The translations under genes and the position numbers were made by a program. From Candidatus Nomurabacteria bacterium (GTDB taxonomy: Bacteria; Patescibacteriota; Minisyncoccia; Phycocordibacterales; UBA9973), in assembly GCA_052035195.1 (NCBI GenBank), contig JBPOHU010000009.1:34107-98106 (forward strand): a DNA stretch of 64,000 nt. The letters run 5' to 3'. The notes beneath the pieces are model-generated. The model saw nothing but the letters and a program-made list of their open reading frames with translations, searched no databases and was not told where the DNA came from. This document shows, in pieces, positions 28,900-39,203 of this stretch (position 1 is its first letter; every line of letters begins with the position of its first letter).

Positions 28900-29960
28900 A
28901 TAGTGAGTTTGTTATAAAGAAAATTGTTTCTGAGAGTATGAATACTCCTTCGGGGGACAACTGTCAGCCTTGGTATTTTTCTATAAAAAATTCAACTCTT
29001 TTTGTTTATAAAAAAGATGAAGGTAATAATAACTACTTAGATTTTGAATCAAGGGGGACACTTTTGGCCCATGGTGCTTTAGTTGAAAATATATCTTTAG
29101 TCGCAAGACATTATGGTTATAGTATAGAAAGTACTTTTTTTCCAGAAAAAGATAAAAAAGACTTAGTAACAACAATTAGTTTTTTAGAAAATAATTCTTT
29201 AAATAAAGAAGAAGATGATCTTTTTGAGTTTTTACCAAAGAGGTCTACAAATAGAAAACAATACTTTAAGAAAGCTATTTTAGAAAAAGATAAAGAATAC
29301 CTATTAAGTAATCTAGGTCAGAACAATGTAACTCTTGATTTTATAGGAGATGATTCGGATAAAAAAAATATCTTTATTTCAACAACTCAAATGGAAAGAG
29401 TAGCTCTACAAAACAAGTTTTTACATAAACTCTTTTTCAGTAGCATCGTTTGGTCACAAAAGGAAGAACAAGAAAAAAAACAAGGACTTTATTTAAAAAC
29501 TATGGAGTTACCACCACCAGTTGCTGTTTTCTTTAGATTACTTAAATTTTGGCCGATTGCTAAGTTTTTGTCAAAAATCAGCTTTTCAAAAAAAGTCGCC
29601 GAGAACAACGCATCTTCATATCAGTCTTCTTATCCCGTTATTTTTTCTATAAAAAATACAGACCCTATTTCTTATATTGAACTAGGTATGGCTGTAGAGC
29701 GTTTTTGGCTTAGAGCAACAAAATTAGATATTGCTGTTCAGCCACTAGCTGGAGTATTATATATGTATCAGCGATTACATGAAGAGGGTAATAAAGATGC
29801 TGTTTTATCAAAAGAAGAAGTTCGTCTAATAGAAAATAGTTATCAAAAAATTAAAAATTTTACTTCGGATAGTGATGCTATAGTTTCTATGATCTTAAGA
29901 GTAGGGTATTCAAAAAAAGCTTCAGCAATATCTTCAAAAAAAGAACCTGAATTCTTATAG
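28881..29960 (+). CDS. nitroreductase-family (Acg / Rv1355c C-terminal-type) FMN oxidoreductase
   Basis: PSGDNCQPW, GA.VENI, RSTNRK.Y, G...ERFWL.AT...IAVQP, LRVGY. Confidence 0.85.
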   Translation: MDKETINSEFVIKKIVSESMNTPSGDNCQPWYFSIKNSTLFVYKKDEGNNNYLDFESRGTLLAHGALVENISLVARHYGYSIESTFFPEKDKKDLVTTISFLENNSLNKEEDDLFEFLPKRSTNRKQYFKKAILEKDKEYLLSNLGQNNVTLDFIGDDSDKKNIFISTTQMERVALQNKFLHKLFFSSIVWSQKEEQEKKQGLYLKTMELPPPVAVFFRLLKFWPIAKFLSKISFSKKVAENNASSYQSSYPVIFSIKNTDPISYIELGMAVERFWLRATKLDIAVQPLAGVLYMYQRLHEEGNKDAVLSKEEVRLIENSYQKIKNFTSDSDAIVSMILRVGYSKKASAISSKKEPEFL

Positions 29961-29970
29961 TTTAAACAAT

Positions 29971-31599
29971 ATGGATATTATAAAAAATATAGATTTACTT
30001 TCGGTTGGGCTTGCTATTGCTGGTACAGGAGTACTTGGTTTCTTAGTCTTTTTTAGTAATAAAAAAAGCATTACTAATAAATCTTTTCTTTATTTTTCAC
30101 TTATTACTATTTGTTGGAGCACTATAAACTATTTAAATTATCAGTCTGTTAATCCTTCTTACGGTTTCCTTTTGATAAGACTTACTATTTTTTTTGGTAT
30201 TTTCCATGCTTTTTCTTTTTATAATCTTTTTACTGTTTTTCCTAATGAAAGTTATATTTTTTCAAGGTTACATCGTTTTATCTTAATACCTTGGGTTTTT
30301 ATTGTTGGATTGCTTACACTGACTCCGTATGTTTTTTCAGGTATAGAAGAAATGCAGGAGGGTAGAATAGTAGAAGTTACTAACGGTCCATTATTACCTC
30401 TCTATGGGATAACAACAATAGTTTTAATATTAGTTGGAATAGTTAAACTTATTAAGAAAGTTTTGGTTTCTAAAGATATCTTACGTAAACAAGTAAAAGC
30501 TATATTGCTTGGTACTGTTATAACATTTTCTCTTCTTATTGTTTTTAATTTAGTTTTACCTGCTTTTTTTAATAACCCTAAGTTCGTGCCACTTGGTGCA
30601 CTTTTCCTTTTTCCGTTCATTGCTTTTACTTCTTATGCAATTTTGAAACAAAAGTTATTTCGTGTAAAAGTTGTATCAACAGGGTTTATTGTTTTTGTTT
30701 TATCCGTTGTTCTTTTTTTTGAGATTATTTATGCAGATACTACAAGCTTAATAATTTTTAGAAGTAGTGTTTTTATACTCTCTCTTATATTTGGGATAAA
30801 CCTAATAAGATCAGTTTTGCGAGAAGTTGAGCAGCGTGAAAAAATTGAGACTTTGGCTAAACAATTGCAAGATGCAAATGAAAAACTAAAAGGTTTAGAT
30901 AAACTAAAAACAGAATTCCTTTCTCTTGCCTCACACCAACTCCGTAGCCCTCTTACCGCTATCAAGGGGTATGCTTCCATGCTTTCTGAAGGAGCATTTG
31001 GTAAATTGGATGCAAAAAAATCTGAAGCAGTAAATCGTATTTATACTTCAGCACAGGGACTGGTTAACATCGTTGAAGACCTTTTGAATATTTCAAAAAT
31101 TGAGCAAGGAGGTATGAAATATGAGTTTATGCCAACAAGTCTTTCTTCTGTTGTAGATACTTTATTCAACGAAATGAAAGTTCCAGCTGAGAGTAAACAT
31201 CTTGAATTTAGTTTAGATATGGATAAGCACGATAAGTTTATCGTTAGTGCTGACCCTGTTAAGCTTAAGCAAGTTTTCTTAAACTTAGTAGACAATAGTA
31301 TCAAGTACACCCAAAAAGGTTTTGTAAAAATAGCACTAAAAAGAGTTGAAGATAAAATAGTTTTCTCAGTATCTGACAATGGTATGGGAATTTCCCCAGA
31401 AACTAAATCTAAACTTTTTGAAAAGTTTAGTCGTGGCGAAGGTGGTAAAACAAATACAGGGGGAAGTGGATTAGGCTTATACTTAGCGCAACAAATAGCG
31501 AAAGCTCACAAAGGAGATATTGTTATTGAATCAGAAGGTCTTGGAAAAGGATCAGTCTTTACAGTAGCCATTCCTTCTAGTGGAAAATACCCTAACTAA
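29971..31599 (+). CDS. sensor histidine kinase with an N-terminal multi-TM (7TM-type) input domain
   Basis: About 8 TM helices, ASHQLRSPLT H-box, NLVDNSIKYT N-box, DNGMGI, GSGLGL. Confidence 0.93.
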   Translation: MDIIKNIDLLSVGLAIAGTGVLGFLVFFSNKKSITNKSFLYFSLITICWSTINYLNYQSVNPSYGFLLIRLTIFFGIFHAFSFYNLFTVFPNESYIFSRLHRFILIPWVFIVGLLTLTPYVFSGIEEMQEGRIVEVTNGPLLPLYGITTIVLILVGIVKLIKKVLVSKDILRKQVKAILLGTVITFSLLIVFNLVLPAFFNNPKFVPLGALFLFPFIAFTSYAILKQKLFRVKVVSTGFIVFVLSVVLFFEIIYADTTSLIIFRSSVFILSLIFGINLIRSVLREVEQREKIETLAKQLQDANEKLKGLDKLKTEFLSLASHQLRSPLTAIKGYASMLSEGAFGKLDAKKSEAVNRIYTSAQGLVNIVEDLLNISKIEQGGMKYEFMPTSLSSVVDTLFNEMKVPAESKHLEFSLDMDKHDKFIVSADPVKLKQVFLNLVDNSIKYTQKGFVKIALKRVEDKIVFSVSDNGMGISPETKSKLFEKFSRGEGGKTNTGGSGLGLYLAQQIAKAHKGDIVIESEGLGKGSVFTVAIPSSGKYPN

Positions 31600-32971
31600 G
31601 GGATATACCCTGAGCATTTTGCTCAACTTTATATCCTAGTGCTTCAAGTTCAGACCTGATTGCATCAGATGTTGCATAGTCTTTATTTTCTCTAGCTAAT
31701 TTCATTTTTTCTAATAGTATTGTTGCTTCTTCGCTAATAGAAAATTCTGGAGTTGAAACTAAGTCCAAACCTAACACTTCATCAAAAGATAGTAGGGTAG
31801 CGTATTTATCTTGCCTAGAGATATTTTCATCTGCAAGCATTTTCCAAACAACAGCAAGAGCTTTGGCTGTATTGATGTCTTCAGATATAGATTCGACAAA
31901 ATCTTGTTTGTAAGAATCTATTATATTGCCACCAGACTCTTTTATTGATGCAAAATTTTGAAGTTTTTTAAGTTGTGCATTGGCAGAAGAAAGTGCTTCC
32001 CATGTAAAGTTTAGTGGCTTGCGATAGCTTGTTTGCATGGCCAAAAGGCGTATAGATAGTGGGTTTATGTTGTGTCCTTCTATATCAGAGATAGTATAAA
32101 AATTGTGTTTACTTTTACTCATTTTTTCTCCGTCTACATTTAGAAAAGCATGGTGAACCCAAAATCTAACAAAGTCATGTCCTGTAGAACATTCACTCTG
32201 AGCTATCTCATTTTCATGGTGTACAGGGATATGGTCTATTCCTCCGGTGTGAATATCAATAGTTTCTCCTAAGTAGTGCATACTCATAGCAGAGCACTCT
32301 ATGTGCCAACCAGGGAAGCCTTCACCCCAAGGACTAGGCCAGTACATACTATGCTCTGCAAATCTTCCAACTCTTTTAAACCAGAGAACAAAATCAGCAG
32401 GATGCTTTTTTTCTTCATCAACTATAACGTCATCACGAGCGCCAATTTCTTTGTCGGATATTTTTTGTCCAGATAAAGATCCGTAATCTTTGAATGTTTG
32501 AGTATCAAAATAAATACCGGTTTCTGTTTCGTAAGCGTGTCCTTTTTGAATTAGAGTTTCAACCAAAGAAATCATTTCAGGTATATGCTCTGTCGCTTTT
32601 GCTTCGGCTGTGTTTGGCGACAGTACATTTATTGCCTTCATACTTTCGTGGAAATAATCAGTATAAAGTTTGGCAATATCCCATACGCTTTTACCTTCTG
32701 ATTTTGCTTTACCTTCAAATTTGTCGTCACCTTGGTCGCTGTCATTTGTAAGGTGTCCTACATCGGTAATATTCATTACGTGTTTTACATCATAACCAAG
32801 ATATGAAAGTGTTCTACGTAAAATATCGTCCCCGATATATTTGCGCATATGGCCGATGTGGGTGTAATCATAAACAGTTGGTCCACAAGCATAAAGAGTC
32901 ACAACGGTTCCATTAAGAGGAGAGAACACTTCGATTGATTTTGATTTTGTATTGTATAGATTTAGAGCCAT
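31592..32971 (-). CDS. cysS: cysteine--tRNA ligase
   Basis: CGPTVY, HIGH, PGWHIEC, HHENE, KMSKS. Confidence 0.98.
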   Translation of the reverse strand: MALNLYNTKSKSIEVFSPLNGTVVTLYACGPTVYDYTHIGHMRKYIGDDILRRTLSYLGYDVKHVMNITDVGHLTNDSDQGDDKFEGKAKSEGKSVWDIAKLYTDYFHESMKAINVLSPNTAEAKATEHIPEMISLVETLIQKGHAYETETGIYFDTQTFKDYGSLSGQKISDKEIGARDDVIVDEEKKHPADFVLWFKRVGRFAEHSMYWPSPWGEGFPGWHIECSAMSMHYLGETIDIHTGGIDHIPVHHENEIAQSECSTGHDFVRFWVHHAFLNVDGEKMSKSKHNFYTISDIEGHNINPLSIRLLAMQTSYRKPLNFTWEALSSANAQLKKLQNFASIKESGGNIIDSYKQDFVESISEDINTAKALAVVWKMLADENISRQDKYATLLSFDEVLGLDLVSTPEFSISEEATILLEKMKLARENKDYATSDAIRSELEALGYKVEQNAQGISLS

Positions 32972-33879
32972 TTTCGTAATTTAAAGAATAAAAACATAGT
33001 TAACCCAGTGATAACCATGGCGCCCAAAACAAAGAAGAAGTCAGCTTTATTGTTAATAAAAATCAGGCTATCTGCTGTATTCATACCAAAAATACCACTA
33101 ATCAACATAAGAGGAGTTAGAACAAAGGTCAGTATAGTAAAGGTACGCATTGTGTCATTTGTTTTTGCAGATAGCAGAGAGTCGTTTGTTCTTTGTAGTT
33201 CAGCCAGAGCGTCTCTGTTGCTCTCTAATAGAGAGTTAACTTTGTTAAATTCAGAAGTTACAACCTCTGCATAATATCGATAATCAGTATCAAAAAGTTT
33301 AACACTAGCATTTTCATAAGATCGGAGTATGTCTTGATGAAAACGGAGAGCTTGTTTGAAGTCTAGGAGTTTTTTACCTGTATCAGAAATCTTCTTAACC
33401 ATCATATTTTCTTGATTGTTAAAAATATAATATTCAATCTCTCTTACTACTTTTGTGATCTCATCGAGTTTATGCAAAGAGTGTTCGTAAAATTGCTTCA
33501 TCATTTCAACAAAAAGAAATCCTCCATGAAAGTTTTTCTTTTCTTGGCCAAAAGCATTTCTAAGTTCAAAAAGTTTGGAGAATTGTTCAATAGGATATAT
33601 AGATTCATAGTGAGTAGTGATAAGAAAGTTTTTTCCTATCATGAAATCTATCTCTTGTTCTGTTGTCTTATCACTAGCTTTTTTAGAAGGTGGAAAATGC
33701 AGTATCATGTATATAAGAGAGTCATATAGTTCTACTTTTGCGTGGAGGGTATTTGAAATAGCTTCTTCAGTAACCAAAGAGGGAATAGAAAATTCCTCCA
33801 TTATATGAGCCATCTCCTCCTTTGAGGGGTTTTCCATGTCTACCCAGGTGACATCATGGTATGTATAGCGGGAAATCAT
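32962..33879 (-). CDS. corA: CorA-family Mg2+/Co2+ transporter
   Basis: C-terminal two TMs with GIFGMN; start at MISRY (33879). Confidence 0.88.
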   Translation of the reverse strand: MISRYTYHDVTWVDMENPSKEEMAHIMEEFSIPSLVTEEAISNTLHAKVELYDSLIYMILHFPPSKKASDKTTEQEIDFMIGKNFLITTHYESIYPIEQFSKLFELRNAFGQEKKNFHGGFLFVEMMKQFYEHSLHKLDEITKVVREIEYYIFNNQENMMVKKISDTGKKLLDFKQALRFHQDILRSYENASVKLFDTDYRYYAEVVTSEFNKVNSLLESNRDALAELQRTNDSLLSAKTNDTMRTFTILTFVLTPLMLISGIFGMNTADSLIFINNKADFFFVLGAMVITGLTMFLFFKLRKWL

Positions 33880-33956
33880 TGCTGTTATTGTACCATTTTT
33901 GACACTGTTGCAAAATATTGCTATTTGGGTATAATAGTCCGACAACACAAAATCTT

Positions 33957-34310
33957 ATGGCAACAGCAAAGAAAACAACAAAAAAAGACGGTTCTGAAGG
34001 TTTCGCAGTTATTAAGACTGGGGGCAAGCAATATCGTGTAGCAGTAGGAGACTCTATAAAAATAGAGAAAATGAAAGGGGAATTCAAAAAGGGTGACAGT
34101 GTTACTTTTTCTGAAGTTCTTCTTACTGACGATGGTAAAAATACAGTTATCGGTACTCCTTTTATCACAAATGCAAAAGTTACAGCTACTGTTGATATGG
34201 TAGGCAGACTTCCAAAGGTTCTAGTTATCAAGTACAAGCAAAAGTCTCGATACATGAAGAAAAATGGCCACCGACAGCCATACATCAAAGTAACTATTAA
34301 TACTATATAA
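33957..34310 (+). CDS. rplU: 50S ribosomal protein L21
   Basis: FAVIKTGGKQYRV, GTP, GHRQPY. Confidence 0.97.
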   Translation: MATAKKTTKKDGSEGFAVIKTGGKQYRVAVGDSIKIEKMKGEFKKGDSVTFSEVLLTDDGKNTVIGTPFITNAKVTATVDMVGRLPKVLVIKYKQKSRYMKKNGHRQPYIKVTINTI

Positions 34311-34342
34311 ATAAAACCCTCCTTATGGAGGGTTTTATTTAT
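34310..34342. terminator. bidirectional terminator between rplU and recR
   Basis: AATAAAACCCTCC-ttat-GGAGGGTTTTATT. Confidence 0.85.
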
Positions 34343-34360
34343 TCTAAGTTTATCGAAGCA

Positions 34361-34951
34361 CTACTCTCTCTTTTTTAGTGAAGCTTCGAGAGATGCTGGA
34401 TCAGCGTATTCTAGTTCTGTTCCAGTAGAGAGACCTCTTCCAAGACTTGAAATCTTAATATTTAAATTAGATAGCAAATCTCTAATAACAAAATCAGTGT
34501 GGTCCCCGTTTGGAGTCAAAGGGAAGGCCAGGATAATTTCTTTTACAGCAGAATCATTTTTTATTCTTTCGATAAGTTTTGATGCATTAGTACCATCTAT
34601 AATACTTTTTTTAGTGATAGGAATAAGTGACCCTAAAATAAAGAAAAGACCATGGTAATCAGTTTTTAAAAACACATCGATGTCGGCACTTTTTTCGACT
34701 ACCACAATAGTATTTTGATCTCGACTAGTATCACTACAGATATTACAAGACCCAGCTGAGCCCTCATAAATACGATGACAACGGGTACAGGTTTGAGCAA
34801 AACTTCGAGCGGTAAGCAAGCTAGAAGAGAGATTTTTTACATAGCTTTCTTGTTGACTTAGTATGAAGTAAGCAAAGCGTTTAGCTTGCCGAGCTCCAAT
34901 ACCAGGGAACTTTAAAAATAATTTTGCTAGTTGTTCTATATGGTCATCCAT
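34361..34951 (-). CDS. recR: recombination mediator RecR
   Basis: PGIG.R.A.R HhH, C4 zinc finger, Toprim VVE, GLSTG.ELEYAD. Confidence 0.95.
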   Translation of the reverse strand: MDDHIEQLAKLFLKFPGIGARQAKRFAYFILSQQESYVKNLSSSLLTARSFAQTCTRCHRIYEGSAGSCNICSDTSRDQNTIVVVEKSADIDVFLKTDYHGLFFILGSLIPITKKSIIDGTNASKLIERIKNDSAVKEIILAFPLTPNGDHTDFVIRDLLSNLNIKISSLGRGLSTGTELEYADPASLEASLKKRE

Positions 34952-34953
34952 GT

Positions 34954-36336
34954 TTAAAAGTCATCGAGAGACTTGGCTTTAGGTGTTGGCATGTGAGACT
35001 TGTCGATAGTTAGAAGTGTTGTAGTTTTTGCATCAAAGAGTAGGTCTACTTTTCCAACGGCACCGTTACGGTGTTTTTCTATTAGTACTTCCACGATGTT
35101 ATCTTTTTCGGCTTGCTCTTTATATCTGTCTTCTCTGTGTAGGAACATAACAACATCGGCATCTTGCTCAATACTACCTGAATCTCGAAGGTCAGAAAGA
35201 CGAGGCTTTCCACCACGAGCTTCCACGGCACGAGATAGCTGTGAGAGAGCTAGTACTGGAACATCGAGCTCACGAGCTAGTTGTTTGAGGGCGCGTGAAA
35301 TTTCGGTGATTTGGTTAACCATGTTGTCATAGTTTTTACTTGCATGAATGAGCTGTAGATAGTCGATAACTATGAGTGCCAAGCCATGTTCACTTTTTAG
35401 TCTTCGCGCTACGGCACGCATTTTGACTATTGAGTTTCCAGCTTGGTCATCGATATAGATAGGAGCTTTCTGTAGTCTACTTGCTGCATCTTGAAGTGTA
35501 GAGAAATGCTGAGAGGAGAGTCCGTGACCTGTACGAATAGCCCATGCGTCCACACGACTCTCAGCAGAGAGCATTCTTTGTACTAGTTGACCCGCACTCA
35601 TTTCAAGAGAGAAAATACCAACAGCCCTACCTGAGAGAGCCACATTGCGAGCAATATCAAGAGCAAATGTTGTTTTACCAATACTTGGTCGAGCAGCAAG
35701 AATGATCAGGTCTGACTTTTGTAGTCCCGCTAGGAGATTGTCGATATCTGGGAAGCCTGTAGGTACACCGCGCACTTCGTCCTTATGTTCACGTAAGTAT
35801 TCTATTTGTTCAACAGTTTCCATCAATCCTTGTTTGATAGATACGAAACCATTTTTAACATTCATGTTTGATGACACACGGAAAATACTTTTCTCGGCAG
35901 AGTCTAGTATGTCAGCTACATCTTGGTCCGCTTCAGCATAAGCTTGGGTAGCGATTTGCTCTGATGCATCTATAAGACTTCTTAAAATATGTTTTTTGTA
36001 AACGATGTCAGCGTAGTGACGAATGTTTACAGTTGATGGGACATTGCCCATAACTTCATTTAGATAACTATTTCCACCTATTTCATTTATTTGTTTTTTC
36101 TCTTTGAGCTTAGAGGCTACAGAGAGTACGTCTATTGGTTCGCTTTTGGCTGAGAGCTCAAGCATTGTTTGAAAAATAGTTGTGTGTTTGCGAGCATAAA
36201 ACATCTCTGGAGACAAAAGATCAGTAATCTCATGTATTGCTGATGGGCGAAGCATTAAGGCACCCAAGACAGCCTGCTCACTTTCAAGAGAATGTGGGGG
36301 AATACGGAGCTCTGAGAGATTGTTGTTCTTTACCAT
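34954..36336 (-). CDS. dnaB: replicative DNA helicase DnaB
   Basis: PPHS.E.EQAVLG, AARPSIGKT, DYLQL, LSQLSR, DLRDSGSIEQDAD, KHRNG; no intein. Confidence 0.98.
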   Translation of the reverse strand: MVKNNNLSELRIPPHSLESEQAVLGALMLRPSAIHEITDLLSPEMFYARKHTTIFQTMLELSAKSEPIDVLSVASKLKEKKQINEIGGNSYLNEVMGNVPSTVNIRHYADIVYKKHILRSLIDASEQIATQAYAEADQDVADILDSAEKSIFRVSSNMNVKNGFVSIKQGLMETVEQIEYLREHKDEVRGVPTGFPDIDNLLAGLQKSDLIILAARPSIGKTTFALDIARNVALSGRAVGIFSLEMSAGQLVQRMLSAESRVDAWAIRTGHGLSSQHFSTLQDAASRLQKAPIYIDDQAGNSIVKMRAVARRLKSEHGLALIVIDYLQLIHASKNYDNMVNQITEISRALKQLARELDVPVLALSQLSRAVEARGGKPRLSDLRDSGSIEQDADVVMFLHREDRYKEQAEKDNIVEVLIEKHRNGAVGKVDLLFDAKTTTLLTIDKSHMPTPKAKSLDDF

Positions 36337-36397
36337 GAGAACATTGTAGCACCTAAGGCAACTGTTCTAAATCCACGATTTTTGGTACTATATGCAC

Positions 36398-37378
36398 ATG
36401 ATATCCCCTAAAAATGGCTCAAAAAAGCGCTTGCTCTCAGGTGTAAAACCAACAGGTCGCCCTCATATAGGTAACTACTTTGGTGCCATGAAGCAATTTG
36501 TAGATTTGCAGGGGGAATACGAATCCTTTGTTTTTATTGCTGATTTGCACGCTCTAAACTTCATTCAAGACAAGAAAGAGATGCAACAGCTAACAAAAGA
36601 CTTGATATTAGACTATCTAGGTATAGGTCTTGATCCAAAGCACTGCACTATTTTCAAACAATCTGCGGTTACAGCACACACTAGCCTTACTTGGATTTTT
36701 GATACTTTGGTAACAGTGCCTTTTATGATGCGTGCACATGCCTACAAAGATGCTATCGCTAAAGATATAGAGCCTAGTATGGGACTCTTCAACTATCCAG
36801 TACTTATGGCATCTGACATTTTGATTTATGAGCCAGATGTTGTTCCAGTAGGCAAAGATCAAAAGCAACACATAGAGTATGCTCGTGATATAGCAGGGAA
36901 GTTCAACAATCAATATGAAGAACTTTTTAAACTTCCAAATGGTTTGATATTAGAAGAAGTAGAAACTGTTCCAGGTACTGACGGACAAAAGATGAGCAAG
37001 AGCTATGGAAATACTATCCCGCTTTTTGGTAGTGATGAAGAAATACAAAAAGCTGTTATGAGTATTGCGACAGACTCTCGAGGCAAAGATGAAGAGAAAA
37101 ATCCAGATGACATGGTTCTCTATCAAATACACAAACTCTTCAATCATTCAGCAGAACTCAAGGCACAATATACACAAGGCCTAGGTTATGGCGATGCCAA
37201 GAAAATGTTAATCAAAGACATTATAGACTTTGTAAAGCCTATGAGAGAGCGAAGAAAGAAGTATGAAGATGATCCAAAGCTTGTAGAAGAGATACTCTTG
37301 CAAGGTGCAATCAAAGCAAATGAAGTAGCGATGAATAAATTACAACAAGTCTATGAAGCTGTAGGGCTCACTAGTTAG
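36398..37378 (+). CDS. trpS: tryptophan--tRNA ligase
   Basis: SGVKPTG.PHIGNY, YPVLMASDIL, VPVGKDQ.QH, KMSKS. Confidence 0.97.
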   Translation: MISPKNGSKKRLLSGVKPTGRPHIGNYFGAMKQFVDLQGEYESFVFIADLHALNFIQDKKEMQQLTKDLILDYLGIGLDPKHCTIFKQSAVTAHTSLTWIFDTLVTVPFMMRAHAYKDAIAKDIEPSMGLFNYPVLMASDILIYEPDVVPVGKDQKQHIEYARDIAGKFNNQYEELFKLPNGLILEEVETVPGTDGQKMSKSYGNTIPLFGSDEEIQKAVMSIATDSRGKDEEKNPDDMVLYQIHKLFNHSAELKAQYTQGLGYGDAKKMLIKDIIDFVKPMRERRKKYEDDPKLVEEILLQGAIKANEVAMNKLQQVYEAVGLTS

Positions 37379-37379
37379 T

Positions 37380-39203
37380 ATGGAAGAAACAATAGAAGAA
37401 AAAGATAAATTTAGGGATATTTTTAGCACGTCAAAACGTGCGATTGCTTTAACCTTTAAAAAAGAGCCTAAGTTATTCGTATTAAACATACTATTTGGAA
37501 TACTTTTAACTATTTTAGTATATGTACAATTATCTTCGTTTTCTAATATTGTTAATGAAATAATTCGCATGCAAAAATTAGGTCTTGGAATCACTTCTAT
37601 CCTTATTAAGCAATCTATAATTTTAGGAGGATCTTTTCTTATTCCTGCAGTATTACAGAATCTTTCTTCTCGATACTCAGACGCATTGAGTATTCGGATG
37701 GGTACCCACAATCAACTAATGCAGATTGATTCATATGCCTCTCTTGATATCGGGACTATACAGAGCACCGAATTTCAGACAAAACTTGATAGAGCTCAAA
37801 AATGGGGGACAGGATCTATTAATAATGTCGTGTATCATTCGCAGGCAATTATTCGAGATATTACTGGTTTTATTACTTCCGGGTTTATTTTGTATACCAT
37901 TAATCCCTATCTGATACTATTAGCTATTCTTGGTTCAGTTTCTTATTATTTTGTAGAAAAAAAATATGGAAAAAAGTTATTTTTTGCTTACTATGTTTCG
38001 ACTGATGAAGTACGAATTGAGGCCGAAAAAACTCGGCATTTTAGAGATATGAAGAGACTTATAGAAACAGTACTTTTTAATTTAAAAAATTTATTTCGTA
38101 CACAGATCAACAAGATCAATGAGGAGTATGATAATAAAATTATTGCTTTAAAAGGTAAGGAATCTTTGGCCATGCTTGGTGCTGATGTGATTCAGATTGT
38201 GTGTTTACTTGTTGCGGTATTTTTTGTTACAGAACAAACTCTCTCAGGCAAGCTTCTCATCGGGTCGTTATTATTAGCATTCGGTGTATATAGAAGTTTT
38301 GTTTCGGTTAGCCAGAGTTTTTTTCGAGATTTTTCACGACTTGAAGAACAGTCACGATTTGCAAAGCGATGGTTTGACCTTTTTGATACGAAATCAAAAA
38401 TAGTAAGCAAACCAAATGCTGTAAAACCAGAATGGGCTGTTCCTCCTCGAATTGAATTTAAAAATGTTTCTTTCACATACCCTGAAGGGGAAGTATCTGT
38501 ATTAAAAAATATTTCATTTGTATTAGAGAGTGGAGAAAAGATGGCGATGGTTGGTCTCAATGGCGCAGGAAAGACAACACTCATAAAGCTTTTATGTCGA
38601 GTCTATGACCCAACTGAGGGTGCTGTTTTGATTGACGGTATTGATCTTCGTGATATCGATGTAGAGTATTGGCATAGCAACCTCGGTGTTCTGTTCCAAG
38701 ATTTTACCAACTATCAAATGACCGCTCGAGAGGCTATCGCTGTTTCTCGCCCCGATGAACCTATAGATGATGAAAGGGTGAGGTGGGCTGCTGATATGTC
38801 TGGAGCAAAAGACTTTATTGAAGAGCTACCAAAGAAGTATGACCATTTATTGTGGAAAGGGTTTGGTGATGGGGTAGAGCTCTCAAAAGGTCAATATCAA
38901 CGTATGGCGGTTGCGCGTATCTTTTATCGTGACGCATTTATTTCAATTCTAGATGAACCGACTTCGGCTATTGATGCGGTAGCAGAAGAGAAAATCTTTG
39001 AAGTGCTAGAGACTAAAATGGAAGGTAAGACAGGAATACTGATATCACATAGATTCTCCACAGTAAAGAATGCTGACAAAATTGTGGTTGTAGAACATGG
39101 AGAGATTAAAGAACTTGGTAGTCACAAAGAACTTATGGCAAAGAAGGGGAGATACGAAGAGCTTTATACTATGCAAGCAAGCAGATATTTAGAGAGTGAA
39201 TAA
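37380..39203 (+). CDS. ABC exporter, fused permease and ATP-binding domains
   Basis: TM domain, GLNGAGKT, LSKGQYQR signature, ILDEPT, ISHR. Confidence 0.93.
   Translation: MEETIEEKDKFRDIFSTSKRAIALTFKKEPKLFVLNILFGILLTILVYVQLSSFSNIVNEIIRMQKLGLGITSILIKQSIILGGSFLIPAVLQNLSSRYSDALSIRMGTHNQLMQIDSYASLDIGTIQSTEFQTKLDRAQKWGTGSINNVVYHSQAIIRDITGFITSGFILYTINPYLILLAILGSVSYYFVEKKYGKKLFFAYYVSTDEVRIEAEKTRHFRDMKRLIETVLFNLKNLFRTQINKINEEYDNKIIALKGKESLAMLGADVIQIVCLLVAVFFVTEQTLSGKLLIGSLLLAFGVYRSFVSVSQSFFRDFSRLEEQSRFAKRWFDLFDTKSKIVSKPNAVKPEWAVPPRIEFKNVSFTYPEGEVSVLKNISFVLESGEKMAMVGLNGAGKTTLIKLLCRVYDPTEGAVLIDGIDLRDIDVEYWHSNLGVLFQDFTNYQMTAREAIAVSRPDEPIDDERVRWAADMSGAKDFIEELPKKYDHLLWKGFGDGVELSKGQYQRMAVARIFYRDAFISILDEPTSAIDAVAEEKIFEVLETKMEGKTGILISHRFSTVKNADKIVVVEHGEIKELGSHKELMAKKGRYEELYTMQASRYLESE

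Noticed and set aside
26328-29960. RiPP (microcin C or azole-peptide) cluster
   Set aside because: No precursor peptide, YcaO or exporter in the operon, and the ThiF is the Rv1355c subtype rather than MccB
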